From the IMG/VR virus record IMGVR_UViG_3300025087_000051: a stretch of 64,000 nucleotides of DNA. One strand, given 5' to 3'. The notes under the pieces are model-generated. The model ran no database searches. It worked only from the letters and a program-made list of their open reading frames with translations, and was not told where the DNA came from. Shown here piece after piece: positions 27,568-36,624 of the stretch. The stretch comes from a virus. Its lineage: Duplodnaviria > Heunggongvirae > Uroviricota > Caudoviricetes. The first letter of the stretch is position 1, and each line of letters begins with the position of its first letter. Made by a program: the position numbers and the translations under genes.

Positions 27568-28128
27568 ATGGAAAAAACAGTAACGATAGAATTAATTACT
27601 CCGATGCTGGGAACAATCCCAAAAAACAAAGAAATCTACGCCGATTTTATCGCAACGAAAAATCCCGCAGGTATAGATAATGAAGAAATACAGACTATTG
27701 AAGAAATTGAAGAAAAAGGCTGGACGGGATTTCATTCTGATGAACAAGGGCTGTTTGTTTATGATTATTTTATCAAAGGATTCCTTAAAAATGCTGGCAA
27801 TGTTTTGAAGGAAGAGCTTAAAATTAAAGCGTTAAGAAGCAAGATAAGTGATTTTCTTTTCGTAAAGCCTAGAAAAATCTACATTGGACAGAAAGTGGAC
27901 GGGGTTCTCGAAAGACCATTAAGAGGACAGACGGCACAAGGACAGCGAGTAACTCTCATACGGAGTGATTTTGTAAAAGAAGGAACAATGATTACCTTCC
28001 AGCTGAAATTATTGCCTCACAAAGAACTTACCTGGGAAGTGATAGATTCTTTGTGGATGTATGGAGAAGATCAAGGACTTGGACAATTTAGAAACGGTGG
28101 TTATGGTAGATTTAAAATTATTGCGTAA
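27568..28128 (+). CDS. hypothetical protein with RAMP/Cas6-like C-terminal glycine-rich loop (tentative)
   Basis: C-terminus GLGQFRNGGYGRFKIIA fits GhGxxxxxGhG + hydrophobic tail 3 aa before stop; 186 aa; no other Cas signature verified. Confidence 0.3.
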   Translation: MEKTVTIELITPMLGTIPKNKEIYADFIATKNPAGIDNEEIQTIEEIEEKGWTGFHSDEQGLFVYDYFIKGFLKNAGNVLKEELKIKALRSKISDFLFVKPRKIYIGQKVDGVLERPLRGQTAQGQRVTLIRSDFVKEGTMITFQLKLLPHKELTWEVIDSLWMYGEDQGLGQFRNGGYGRFKIIA

Positions 28129-28129
28129 T

Positions 28130-28490
28130 GGTACGGTGCTGTGGTGTTTGGTTTAGGTTTAGTACGATGAGGTAAAGTGCGGCAAAAGTAATGTGTCGTT
28201 TAGCGGGACGAAGTAATGGTCAGGCAAGGACAGGTCTTGTTTGGTAGTGTAATGGTTTGGTGTTGTGGCGTATGATTTAATGTAGCAAGGTAATAATAGT
28301 GTGTGGTTCGTCCTGGCAGGGTGATGGTTGGGTATAGTGCAGTGAAGTCCAGTAATGGTGTGGTAAAGCGATGTGGGGCTAGGGTTAGGTGCGGTAAAAT
28401 TCTATATGGTTTCAGTGTGGTGGTGTTATGTACGGTAGAATGGTGTGGTCGCGCAAGGTAATGGTAAGGTACGGTGCATTAGAAGAAGAA
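28130..28490 (+). repeat. C-depleted G/T-rich degenerate repeat tract, non-coding
   Basis: ~7% C on + strand vs genome; recurring RGTAATGGT, GGTAAAGYG, ACGGTGC motifs at irregular 19-88 nt spacing; stops in all frames. Confidence 0.6.
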
Positions 28491-28524
28491 AAAAGAAAAT
28501 TATTAACAGAACTAATACAAAACG

Positions 28525-28666
28525 GATAGATAGTAACTTGTCATCCAAAACGCAAGAACGTATCATAAGGTAAGCATTGCGTGATGCAGGGAGATACTAA
28601 AAAGAATTAGCCGGAAATAAACTAGAATAAAACCGGCTACGACTCTTTCAATAGTTACTATCTATC
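28525..28666 (+). repeat. inverted pair GATAGATAGTAAC / GTTACTATCTATC flanking ~115 bp upstream of 28685 CDS
   Basis: 13-nt perfect inverted repeat; contains GCCGG-18nt-CCGGC hairpin between. Confidence 0.4.
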
Positions 28667-28684
28667 TTTTTCATAAGAAAGAAG

Positions 28685-29161
28685 GTGGTTGTGATAGAAA
28701 AAATTTACAGATGTGATTTGTGCAACATACAACAAGAAAAACAAGGATGGAGAGATTGTCTCGATTATTTATTATCAAAAGTAAGTTTAATTGAAAATAA
28801 CATATTAAACAAGAACGAAACGATAGACAGGAAAGAAGTATCGACAAACACAGACGACATTCTGATTAACAAAATAAAAGAACTTTCAAAGAAATTGGTA
28901 GAAGATAATATTGCCTTTCCGATGGAAATGGATTATTTTTTAATCGAACAAGCAATGCTTCGGGGCGCATCCATAGCTTTTCAATTGCTAATGGAAAAAG
29001 AAACAGAATCAATAACAAGTGAAATAACAACAAAAAATGGACTTTTATACCGAAACGGTAAAATGATAGAATTACCGTACGCAGACGATGTGGCAAGAAA
29101 ACATGGATATATGTATGCGGAGCAACTGGTTCGTGCGCTCGAAAGTAAAAATAAAGAATAA
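28685..29161 (+). CDS. hypothetical protein
   Basis: 158-aa ORF, GAAGGTGG RBS, unusual start region. Confidence 0.45.
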   Translation: MVVIEKIYRCDLCNIQQEKQGWRDCLDYLLSKVSLIENNILNKNETIDRKEVSTNTDDILINKIKELSKKLVEDNIAFPMEMDYFLIEQAMLRGASIAFQLLMEKETESITSEITTKNGLLYRNGKMIELPYADDVARKHGYMYAEQLVRALESKNKE

Positions 29162-29179
29162 AAAAGGAGAACTTAGTAT

Positions 29180-29425
29180 ATGAATCTAGAATGTCGTGGA
29201 GATTATTTTTCGACTGATGGTATTAATTATTATCGTTGCCTTTGGGACGGAACTGCTTTGATATTAAAAGAAGTTGAAAAATTAAAAACTTGTTCAAATT
29301 GTAAAAGAACAATATCTAGCAATGCAGAAAATCATGGAATATTAAAAGCAGAGAAAATCAAATTCGTTTATATTTCTTATTTAACTGGCAATAAACTGGA
29401 AATAAGACTTCCAGGTAAGGAATAA
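29180..29425 (+). CDS. Cys-containing small protein
   Basis: 81-aa ORF. Confidence 0.4.
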   Translation: MNLECRGDYFSTDGINYYRCLWDGTALILKEVEKLKTCSNCKRTISSNAENHGILKAEKIKFVYISYLTGNKLEIRLPGKE

Positions 29426-29575
29426 TAAATGAAAAGAACCTGTTTAAAATGCAACGAAACAATCGACTCTGGACATTTCTGTAAAAAATGTACCAAGAAA
29501 AATAAAAGAATCAAAGATAGAGAAAAGAATAGAAGGATCGGCAGCTCTGGACATTATCACAGAACTGAATAAATA

Positions 29576-29863
29576 ATGAAGCGATTAATAATCCATATAA
29601 TAGTATCAATATCAATAGCAGCTATAATTACCATAGGACTCATATATTATGGTAAGAATGAATCACCGGACGGATACATAATACTATATAATGATGCGGG
29701 AAGGTGGACATACGCTTCACCTACTGGGTCTGAACACAATCAAAGTTTACAAGATTATGCAAACAGAAAAATAGCAATTGGAAGAGCCTGGCAATATTAT
29801 AAATGGGAAAAAAGAAGAAATGCTCGCAATAACTGGCACAAATATAAAGGAGATAAAAAATGA
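29576..29863 (+). CDS. membrane-anchored small protein
   Basis: N-terminal TM IIHIIVSISIAAIITIGLIYY. Confidence 0.4.
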   Translation: MKRLIIHIIVSISIAAIITIGLIYYGKNESPDGYIILYNDAGRWTYASPTGSEHNQSLQDYANRKIAIGRAWQYYKWEKRRNARNNWHKYKGDKK

Positions 29864-30207
29864 CACCAATAAAATTGAAAAAAACAGAAAAGGAATCATG
29901 TGCATCGTTCGGGAATATGCAAAAAATAGAATTTCAAGTATTATCTAAAAAACTTAAAAAATTAGTTGATGAAGAAGGTCTCGGTCTTTATGGTTCTCTG
30001 TCAACAAAATGTTGGATAGAAAAAATAGAAAATAAAAAAATTTCCGAAGAAAGTTATTGTGGAGAATATTATATTACATATTTTCCGTCTGGACAAAAAC
30101 CAGTATATAGCATCCTACCAGATTGGTTTAACATACTGTTGGATGAATTTGAAAGAAATTCCAAAAAAACCATACAAAATGGTATTAAAAAATTACTTGC
30201 TTTATAA
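29860..30207 (+). CDS. hypothetical protein
   Basis: 115-aa ORF, ATGA overlap. Confidence 0.4.
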   Translation: MTPIKLKKTEKESCASFGNMQKIEFQVLSKKLKKLVDEEGLGLYGSLSTKCWIEKIENKKISEESYCGEYYITYFPSGQKPVYSILPDWFNILLDEFERNSKKTIQNGIKKLLAL

Positions 30208-30252
30208 TCAAAACACATGACTATTCACAAATAGACAAAAAGGAGCTTGTGG

Positions 30253-30696
30253 ATGAAACCATATCTAATACAAAGAGCAAAATTCCAGGATAATCCTAAT
30301 CGTAAAGGCATTGATTCAATCTTAGATTTTGATTACATGGGAAGCGCAGAATTTGAATTCGGAGCATTACCACAAAGCCTAAAAAGAATCAGAGAAAATA
30401 TATCTAACTATTGCATATCTTCATTTGATATAAATAACAAAAAAATCAGTATTTTTTATGATAACAAACTGATAGAAAGTCCCAAAGAATTATCAGAAAT
30501 TATAGAAGGTCTTGCAGATAATAAATTTTGTCTAAAAGAATATTGCGATTTTCAACACTTCATATATTTTAACCCACTCATGCTTAAATGTGATTTTTGG
30601 TGGGACATAGAAAATGATTATATGTTCTGGAAATACAATGAAGAATTTAATAATAAATTTATAAAATTAATAAAACCAGGAGGGAAAAATGGATGA
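30253..30696 (+). CDS. hypothetical protein
   Basis: 149-aa ORF, AAAGGAG RBS. Confidence 0.45.
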   Translation: MKPYLIQRAKFQDNPNRKGIDSILDFDYMGSAEFEFGALPQSLKRIRENISNYCISSFDINNKKISIFYDNKLIESPKELSEIIEGLADNKFCLKEYCDFQHFIYFNPLMLKCDFWWDIENDYMFWKYNEEFNNKFIKLIKPGGKNG

Positions 30697-31210
30697 TATT
30701 TTAAAAGCACTAAAGGATGGATTAGATCAATTACTAGAAGGCGATCAAGACAGTAAAGACAATACAGAATTAAAGCTACCCGATCCTGTAAAAATGAGTC
30801 TGAATCACGCTATCGCCTTAACAGATAAGTATGAATCACTGGACAAAAGATTGGATATATTAAAATTTTGGTTTGATTCAGAAAAAACCAGAATCGAAAA
30901 ACAGAAGGAATTTATCGAAAAATGTTGCGAAGGATTTATGTTAAATTACATGGAGCGGTGTGGATCGAAATCATTGATATTGCCGAATGGACATAAATTT
31001 GGATTAAGAAAATGTCCAGATTCAGTAGAAATCAAAGATGAAGAAAAAGCAATAGACTGGTGTAAAGAAAATCTAAAAGAGGCGTGTAAGGAAAAAATTA
31101 GCTTATTAAAAAAACCGATAATTGATTATGTAAAATCTACGGGTAGCTTACCGGCAGGTATTGAATTTATTAGTTCGGAATCGAAGGGGCTTTCTTTTTC
31201 GATAAGTTAA
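30689..31210 (+). CDS. coiled-coil protein (Gam-like end-binding protein is a weak possibility)
   Basis: 173 aa, N-terminal coiled coil; no verified motif. Confidence 0.4.
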   Translation: MDDILKALKDGLDQLLEGDQDSKDNTELKLPDPVKMSLNHAIALTDKYESLDKRLDILKFWFDSEKTRIEKQKEFIEKCCEGFMLNYMERCGSKSLILPNGHKFGLRKCPDSVEIKDEEKAIDWCKENLKEACKEKISLLKKPIIDYVKSTGSLPAGIEFISSESKGLSFSIS

Positions 31211-31429
31211 TGTATAAAAACGAATCCGACTTTGCAAAAGAAGTGATTGAATGGCTGAAAGATTATCAATGGGAAGTGTACCAGGAGGTTCAATTCCATG
31301 AGAAAATTGCAGATATTGTAGCGGTATAAAACAATATCGTATGGGTCGTAGAGACAAAACTTAATCTAAAGCGGATTGTCTCAACGGACAAGATCATAAT
31401 TACGAAATGACAAAAACTTATCCGATTGA

Positions 31430-31723
31430 ATGTGCCAAATCACAATGTACGATTTGCGGAGAAGACAAATAATGGAAATAGAAACTAAAGACCAATTCAC
31501 TTGTAATCATTGCGGAATATCAAAATCTTTTCTTTTCCACTGGACAAAAAATGTGTGCAAGTCGTGTTGTTGTTTATATGCTCCATGTGGCAAATGCGGA
31601 AAATTAATATTTTGGAAATTGGTTCATACCAGTAATGATAAAAGCGAAACGAATCAATATAGATGTTTGAATTGTTTAAAGAAGGAACATCAACATAAAA
31701 ACAAAAAAAAGAAAGGGATTTAA
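31430..31723 (+). CDS. Cys-rich zinc-binding protein
   Basis: CNHCG, CKSCCC, CGKCGK, CLNC. Confidence 0.4.
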   Translation: MCQITMYDLRRRQIMEIETKDQFTCNHCGISKSFLFHWTKNVCKSCCCLYAPCGKCGKLIFWKLVHTSNDKSETNQYRCLNCLKKEHQHKNKKKKGI

Positions 31724-31905
31724 TGAGTTCGGATAATATAATAACGTGTCCTAAATGTAACAAGAAAAATTCACTGTTTGAATATGTCTTGAAATACCCA
31801 CATATTACTGATGGTGTGTTTACAATTAATTATAAAGCTGAATGTAAAAACAAGAAATGTAGATTTTCTTATTGGTATGATTTTTCTGAAAAAGTAATAG
31901 AATAA
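31723..31905 (+). CDS. zinc-ribbon protein
   Basis: CPKCNKK ... CKNKKC. Confidence 0.35.
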   Translation: MSSDNIITCPKCNKKNSLFEYVLKYPHITDGVFTINYKAECKNKKCRFSYWYDFSEKVIE

Positions 31906-31952
31906 ATACCAAATCGACCAACTTACTATTCATTTTATTCAGGAGATATAGG

Positions 31953-32306
31953 ATGGATACGGAAAAAGTAATATTGAGGCTAAGCATTGACGGTAGATTA
32001 CTGAATCGATACAACAGCGTAAAACACGCCGCACTTTCTTTGTGTGGACATGAGTGTAAAATTTACAAAGCAATTGAAACAAAAATACTATACCGTGAAT
32101 CTTTCTGGCAATACGCATTCATAAAAAAAGAAATAGAATTATCAGAAAAAGAACAAATAATATACCAGGAAACAATCTGTCTTAAATGCGAACGCAAATT
32201 TCTAACTCGTAGTAAAAAAGTCAATCATGTATGCTCTGATTGCAACATAATCAATGATAACCTTTGGGACAACAACACTGTTTACAGAACCCACATAAAT
32301 GTATAG
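31953..32306 (+). CDS. Cys-containing hypothetical protein
   Basis: 117-aa ORF. Confidence 0.4.
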   Translation: MDTEKVILRLSIDGRLLNRYNSVKHAALSLCGHECKIYKAIETKILYRESFWQYAFIKKEIELSEKEQIIYQETICLKCERKFLTRSKKVNHVCSDCNIINDNLWDNNTVYRTHINV

Positions 32307-32321
32307 AAAGGAAAAAGCACA

Positions 32322-32594
32322 ATGAAAGCAAGTATAATCGAAGAAAAATCTCGTAACTTTAAACCGTTCATATTGAACATTAGCATTGAAAACATTACAG
32401 ATTTAAAATATTTGTGGTTATCGTTTGGTATGTGTATTGGTTCGGTAATACAATACTACAAAAACAAAGACCATGAAAAGATCGAACACCAAATAGCAGT
32501 TGAAGTTTTGCAAAAATTAGACTTACAATCCAAACAAAAAATATGGGAAATACTAGACGAACAATTAGAAAAGATCGAAGAATTGTCCTCTTGA
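32322..32594 (+). CDS. hypothetical protein
   Basis: 90-aa ORF, AAGGAAAAAG RBS. Confidence 0.4.
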   Translation: MKASIIEEKSRNFKPFILNISIENITDLKYLWLSFGMCIGSVIQYYKNKDHEKIEHQIAVEVLQKLDLQSKQKIWEILDEQLEKIEELSS

Positions 32595-32608
32595 TGAACC
32601 ACCTTAGT

Positions 32609-32721
32609 TAAATGTCGCCTGTGGCGGGGGTTTTGTTTGTCGGGGTAATGGGACGGTACGAATACAAACAAGCAGTCAACGCCATTGGGCATACGAAACA
32701 ATATGGCTGGCTGTCGCCAGC
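32609..32721 (+). repeat. structured intergenic element, copy C
   Basis: AAATGTCGCCTGTGGCGGGGGTTTTGTTTGTCGGGGTAATGG ... CAACGCCATTGGG ... GCTGGC-TGTC-GCCAGC; ~85% identical to reverse complement of copy D over first 42 nt. Confidence 0.6.
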
Positions 32722-32739
32722 AGTTAAGAAGAAATAAAA

Positions 32740-32982
32740 ATGAAAATAATAATCATTAAGGATTGTTTAGATTGCCCGCTGTGTGAAGTAGAAACAGACG
32801 CTAAGGGTAGTTATTTTAGATGTACGAGCCATGCCATTGATAATTCTGGGTTTTTAGGCAGATCGGTTCGTTCAGTTTTTATTCATAATAGTAAAATTAA
32901 AATACCTAAATGGTGCAAATTATCAGATATAAAAGACGGAAGCAGGGAATTTCAAAAATTAATTAATAAATATTTTACTTAA
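32740..32982 (+). CDS. Cys-rich small protein
   Basis: 80-aa ORF starting 19 nt after element C. Confidence 0.4.
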   Translation: MKIIIIKDCLDCPLCEVETDAKGSYFRCTSHAIDNSGFLGRSVRSVFIHNSKIKIPKWCKLSDIKDGSREFQKLINKYFT

Positions 32983-32996
32983 TTCGGAGAATTAAT

Positions 32997-33365
32997 ATGA
33001 AAAAGTATGTGTTTTTGGCTTGTGTATCATTATTATTTTGTAGTTTATCTTATGGCTATGATGCTTTATTTACGTGCCACCAATGCCTAAAAGAAAGAAA
33101 AGATTATATAAGTACATCCGAGAATGTCAATCGTATCGTCCTGGACGAAGAATGGCTTTATGGTAAGTTCGGGGTTAAAATAATAAACAAAAAATATTAC
33201 GATTCAAAAGGAGATTTACATAGACATTCTTATAGCGGATTTCCCGAACAAGTTACATGCTCAAATGGTCACGATTGGTATATTTTTTATTTCATGAGGT
33301 GTAATGACGAGTGTAAGTGGCCAGACGGAAATGTAAGGTTTGATGAAATAAAAAGGGAGAAATAA
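32997..33365 (+). CDS. secreted Cys-rich protein
   Basis: signal peptide MKKYVFLACVSLLFCSLSYG. Confidence 0.45.
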   Translation: MKKYVFLACVSLLFCSLSYGYDALFTCHQCLKERKDYISTSENVNRIVLDEEWLYGKFGVKIINKKYYDSKGDLHRHSYSGFPEQVTCSNGHDWYIFYFMRCNDECKWPDGNVRFDEIKREK

Positions 33366-33526
33366 ATTGAAATACATCGCATATTCTTTACTAGGTGTTA
33401 TGTGGATGGCTGCTACCGTTGCTCTAGCCTTTTCAATTATCGGAATCTTTGTCCTGATATTTTCAGAAACCTGGCGGAAGCTTATCCAGGGTATCTTGTC
33501 TGGAATGAGAGAGGAATCGGAAAACC

Positions 33527-33811
33527 ATGACTCCATACTATAAAATATATTACAGAAAAAATAGGAAAAGAATAATAGCAAGGAATCGGGAATATTATTT
33601 TAAAAATAGGGAAAAATGGCTCGTTCACGCCAAAGAATATAACCGGAAATATCCAGAGAAAAGAAAATTAGCCTTTGGGAAATGGTACAAGAAAAACAAA
33701 AGCAAGGTAAAAAAATATAATGCTCAATACTTCATAGCTAATAAAGATAAAATTTACAAGAGAAGAAAAGAACTAGAAATTAAAAAATTAATAATGAAAG
33801 GACTGGTATGA
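33527..33811 (+). CDS. highly basic Lys/Arg/Tyr repeat protein (nucleic-acid binding?)
   Basis: YxxxNRK-type repeats, pI clearly very high. Confidence 0.4.
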   Translation: MTPYYKIYYRKNRKRIIARNREYYFKNREKWLVHAKEYNRKYPEKRKLAFGKWYKKNKSKVKKYNAQYFIANKDKIYKRRKELEIKKLIMKGLV

Positions 33812-33812
33812 A

Positions 33813-34229
33813 ATGGAAAATGATTTTAGAAAAGCACGAATTGGTGATAAAGTATTTCATATAATGTATGGATGGGGAGAAATATCAGAGTTAAATTCGA
33901 ATACTTTTGGGGTAGTATTTACAGATAAAAATAATAAGCGCATCACTTCGTGGTTTTTTTACAATGGAAAGTCTGATAGCAACTATATAAATCCTTCTGT
34001 TTTTTGGGACGAAGCAATAATTACGCCCCCACCAAAACCAAAAAGGAAAGTAGAAAAAATATTGGAGGGGTGGTTGAATATTTATCCTAATAAAACATGC
34101 AACAACGACCTTTCCGCAATGTGTTACAGTTTGTATAAATCGCAAGACTTGGCCGATAAAACAGCGCGTAAAGAAAGAAGAATCGGAGAGTCCTGTTATG
34201 TGATCCATAAATACACAATCGAAGAATAG
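33813..34229 (+). CDS. hypothetical protein
   Basis: 138-aa ORF. Confidence 0.45.
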   Translation: MENDFRKARIGDKVFHIMYGWGEISELNSNTFGVVFTDKNNKRITSWFFYNGKSDSNYINPSVFWDEAIITPPPKPKRKVEKILEGWLNIYPNKTCNNDLSAMCYSLYKSQDLADKTARKERRIGESCYVIHKYTIEE

Positions 34230-34251
34230 AAAGGTAAAAACGAAAGAAGCA

Positions 34252-34461
34252 TTGAGAAGTTTAACGACTCAGTCACAAGTATCGAATATACAAGCAGAAA
34301 ATCTAATGGTTGATATCAGTGCTGTAAAAAAACTGCTCAAACAGTACGAAAATTGTTTGATTGGAGAATTAAAAACAAGCGATGAACTTGCCGAAAAGAT
34401 CAGGCTGGAATTGTTAATAGATGATGCTGTGAAGGCACAGATGGGAGTAGCTGATGAGTAA
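34252..34461 (+). CDS. hypothetical protein
   Basis: 69-aa ORF. Confidence 0.3.
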   Translation: MRSLTTQSQVSNIQAENLMVDISAVKKLLKQYENCLIGELKTSDELAEKIRLELLIDDAVKAQMGVADE

Positions 34462-34696
34462 TATAGTCGATCATTTTATAGCGAAAATTATTTCTAAAAA
34501 AATGATGGAACAATACGAAAGAATCAGACAAACGGGCTCAACCGATATGTATGATTATTATGGCGTTACCAACATTGCGAAGATTTTGCAATGTAAAGAA
34601 CTTGCCGGAATTTCATTGAAAGATTACAAAATATTGCTTTTAAATTTTCAAAAGCTTATGAAGCATTACGATATTAAACAGCCACCCAAATCTTAG
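34454..34696 (+). CDS. hypothetical protein
   Basis: 80-aa ORF. Confidence 0.35.
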   Translation: MSNIVDHFIAKIISKKMMEQYERIRQTGSTDMYDYYGVTNIAKILQCKELAGISLKDYKILLLNFQKLMKHYDIKQPPKS

Positions 34697-34711
34697 AAAG
34701 GAAAAACCAAA

Positions 34712-34936
34712 ATGTCAATATTTATCAGCGATCCACTCGGAGAATTAACAATATCCACCGGAGGAAACCTTACACACATAAGCCCAGACCTAGAAATAGA
34801 ATTTGTGGGTAAGGATAATAGTTTTTTCGTTTCTTTGACACAAGATGGAAGACTTAAAATAGTGAAATCAACCAGGAAAAATAGTATACAGACAAAATTA
34901 ATCAGTACCTTAGCAAATGAAATAATTGTCAGCTAA
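34712..34936 (+). CDS. hypothetical protein
   Basis: 74-aa ORF. Confidence 0.35.
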   Translation: MSIFISDPLGELTISTGGNLTHISPDLEIEFVGKDNSFFVSLTQDGRLKIVKSTRKNSIQTKLISTLANEIIVS

Positions 34937-35008
34937 TGAACAAAAAAACACAAAAAACACAACAGATAGTACGGTATAAAAAATCATAAAATTATTTTAA
35001 ATTAGTTG

Positions 35009-35037
35009 TTGACAAGATTGAAAAAGGTGTGTATATT
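35009..35037 (+). promoter_or_regulatory. consensus-like sigma70 promoter driving RHH-tnpB
   Basis: TTGACA-17nt-TATATT. Confidence 0.55.
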
Positions 35038-35045
35038 CGCTGTAT

Positions 35046-35171
35046 ATGAAACGTATCAATTGCCATTTAACAAATCTTCAAATCAAACAATTAAAAAAAC
35101 TATCAAAAGAAGTTGGGCTGTCGGTTGCTGAAATTATTCGCCGAGCAATAGATGAATATATAACAAAATGA
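35046..35171 (+). CDS. ribbon-helix-helix micro-protein translationally coupled to tnpB
   Basis: 41-aa MKRINCHLTNLQIKQLKKLSKEVGLSVAEIIRRAIDEYITK; stop TGA overlaps tnpB ATG (ATGA). Confidence 0.45.
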   Translation: MKRINCHLTNLQIKQLKKLSKEVGLSVAEIIRRAIDEYITK

Positions 35172-36292
35172 AAAAGACATTTCTTTATCGTGCGAAAATA
35201 AACAGACAGACAGAATCTAATTGCTGTCGATGGATTGAAATTTGTCGTGATGTTTATAACTCCGCATTAGGGCAAAGAATTAATACGTACAAGGAAGCCG
35301 GAAAATCTATAACCAAAAACAATCAAGTAACACAATTACCTTTAATTAAAAAAGATTTTCCAAGTATTAAGATAGTTAGCTCTCAAACACTTCAAGATGT
35401 GATTGAACGTCTCGATAAAGCCTATAAAGCATTTTTTCGTAGAGTAAAGTTTGGAGAAAAAGCCGGATTTCCCCGTTTTAAGAATCGAAACAGCTATAAT
35501 TCCTTCACCCTTAAACAGCATGGATATAAACTTGATGGTAGGTATTTATATATTAAAAACATTGGCAGGTTCAAACTCTTTCTTTCCAGACCGATTGAAG
35601 GAAACGTCAAAACCGTTACCATCAGAAAGATGCCTACAGGTAAATGGTATGTATCTTTTTCTTGTGATGATGTTTCTGCCAAGCAAGTCTCAATAACCGA
35701 TAAAATCATAGGAATAGACGTAGGAATTAAAAATTTCTGTGTTGACAGCGAAGGAACATGCGTTAAAAACCCTAAATTTTTATTTGATTCTGAAAAAGAA
35801 CTTAGACGTAAACAGAGAAAACTTTCCAGAAGAAAAAAGTGTTCTAGCCACTGGAACAAAGCAAAAATATTAGTTGCTAAAGTGCATGAAAAAATAACAA
35901 ATCAAAGAAAAGACTTTTTACATAAGATTACCAATAAATATATTAATAATTTTCAAACTATTTATATTGAAGATTTAAAGATTAAAAATATGGTTAAAAA
36001 TAGATATTTGAGCAAATCTATTTCAGACAGTAGTTGGGGTACTTTCTTTCGGTTTCTTTCTTATAAAGCTGAAAATGCTGGTAGGAAAGTAATTAAGGTG
36101 AACCCTGCCAATACTTCACAAAAATGTTCTACTTGCGGAGAAAAAGTCCAAAAATCTTTATCTGTTCGTATACATTCGTGTTCTTTTTGTGGCTTGAAAA
36201 TAGATAGAGATTTGAATGCTGCAATAAATATAAGTCAGGATGGGCAGTCCTGTCAGGCATTAACTAATGATATGTTAGAATTGGTAGCCTGA
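35168..36292 (+). CDS. tnpB: TnpB (second, divergent copy; ~40% identity to 9510-10670)
   Basis: IGIDVGI, YIEDLKIKNM, CSTCG...CSFCG, RDLNAAINI. Confidence 0.9.
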   Translation: MKKTFLYRAKINRQTESNCCRWIEICRDVYNSALGQRINTYKEAGKSITKNNQVTQLPLIKKDFPSIKIVSSQTLQDVIERLDKAYKAFFRRVKFGEKAGFPRFKNRNSYNSFTLKQHGYKLDGRYLYIKNIGRFKLFLSRPIEGNVKTVTIRKMPTGKWYVSFSCDDVSAKQVSITDKIIGIDVGIKNFCVDSEGTCVKNPKFLFDSEKELRRKQRKLSRRKKCSSHWNKAKILVAKVHEKITNQRKDFLHKITNKYINNFQTIYIEDLKIKNMVKNRYLSKSISDSSWGTFFRFLSYKAENAGRKVIKVNPANTSQKCSTCGEKVQKSLSVRIHSCSFCGLKIDRDLNAAINISQDGQSCQALTNDMLELVA

Positions 36293-36400
36293 GTATCTTT
36301 TGATTTCAACTACAAGGAATGTCAAATATCGTATATACGTAAAAGCCTTGCAAAATAAGGGAAAATCCACAAAATAATAATATGAAAACCAATACCGAAA
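36293..36400 (+). ncRNA. possible omegaRNA 3' portion / right end of TnpB element
   Basis: CAAGG-28nt-CCTTG hairpin just after stop; boundaries unknown. Confidence 0.3.
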
Positions 36401-36603
36401 TTACGATATGTCAATCCCGAAAAACACTTGCAAAAGGAATCATAGAAATAGCATTAGATGAGTGCATTCAAAAAATTAACCAAGAAATCGAACAAGAAAA
36501 ATCAGAATCAGTAAAATATACAGTGTCTCCACTTTATATAAATGGACTTACAAAGGCGAAAAATATTATTAGTGAAATGAAACGAATTGTGAGTTCAAAA
36601 TGA
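36382..36603 (+). CDS. hypothetical protein, tandem paralog of 36625-36825
   Basis: shared E.L.ECI.EI..EI and AKNII.EMKR blocks. Confidence 0.4.
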   Translation: MKTNTEITICQSRKTLAKGIIEIALDECIQKINQEIEQEKSESVKYTVSPLYINGLTKAKNIISEMKRIVSSK

Positions 36604-36624
36604 AAAAACTCATAAAACTATAAC

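Noticed and set aside
28130-28490. CRISPR array hypothesis for the GT-rich tract
   Set aside because: No exact or near-exact direct repeats of constant length; motif spacing irregular (19-88 nt); kept only as an unusual repeat tract.
31210-31329. 39-aa ORF MYKNESDFAKEVIEWLKDYQWEVYQEV...ADIVAV resembling the N-terminus of a PD-(D/E)xK/Hjc-like nuclease
   Set aside because: Too short to carry a catalytic core; possibly a gene remnant; not called.
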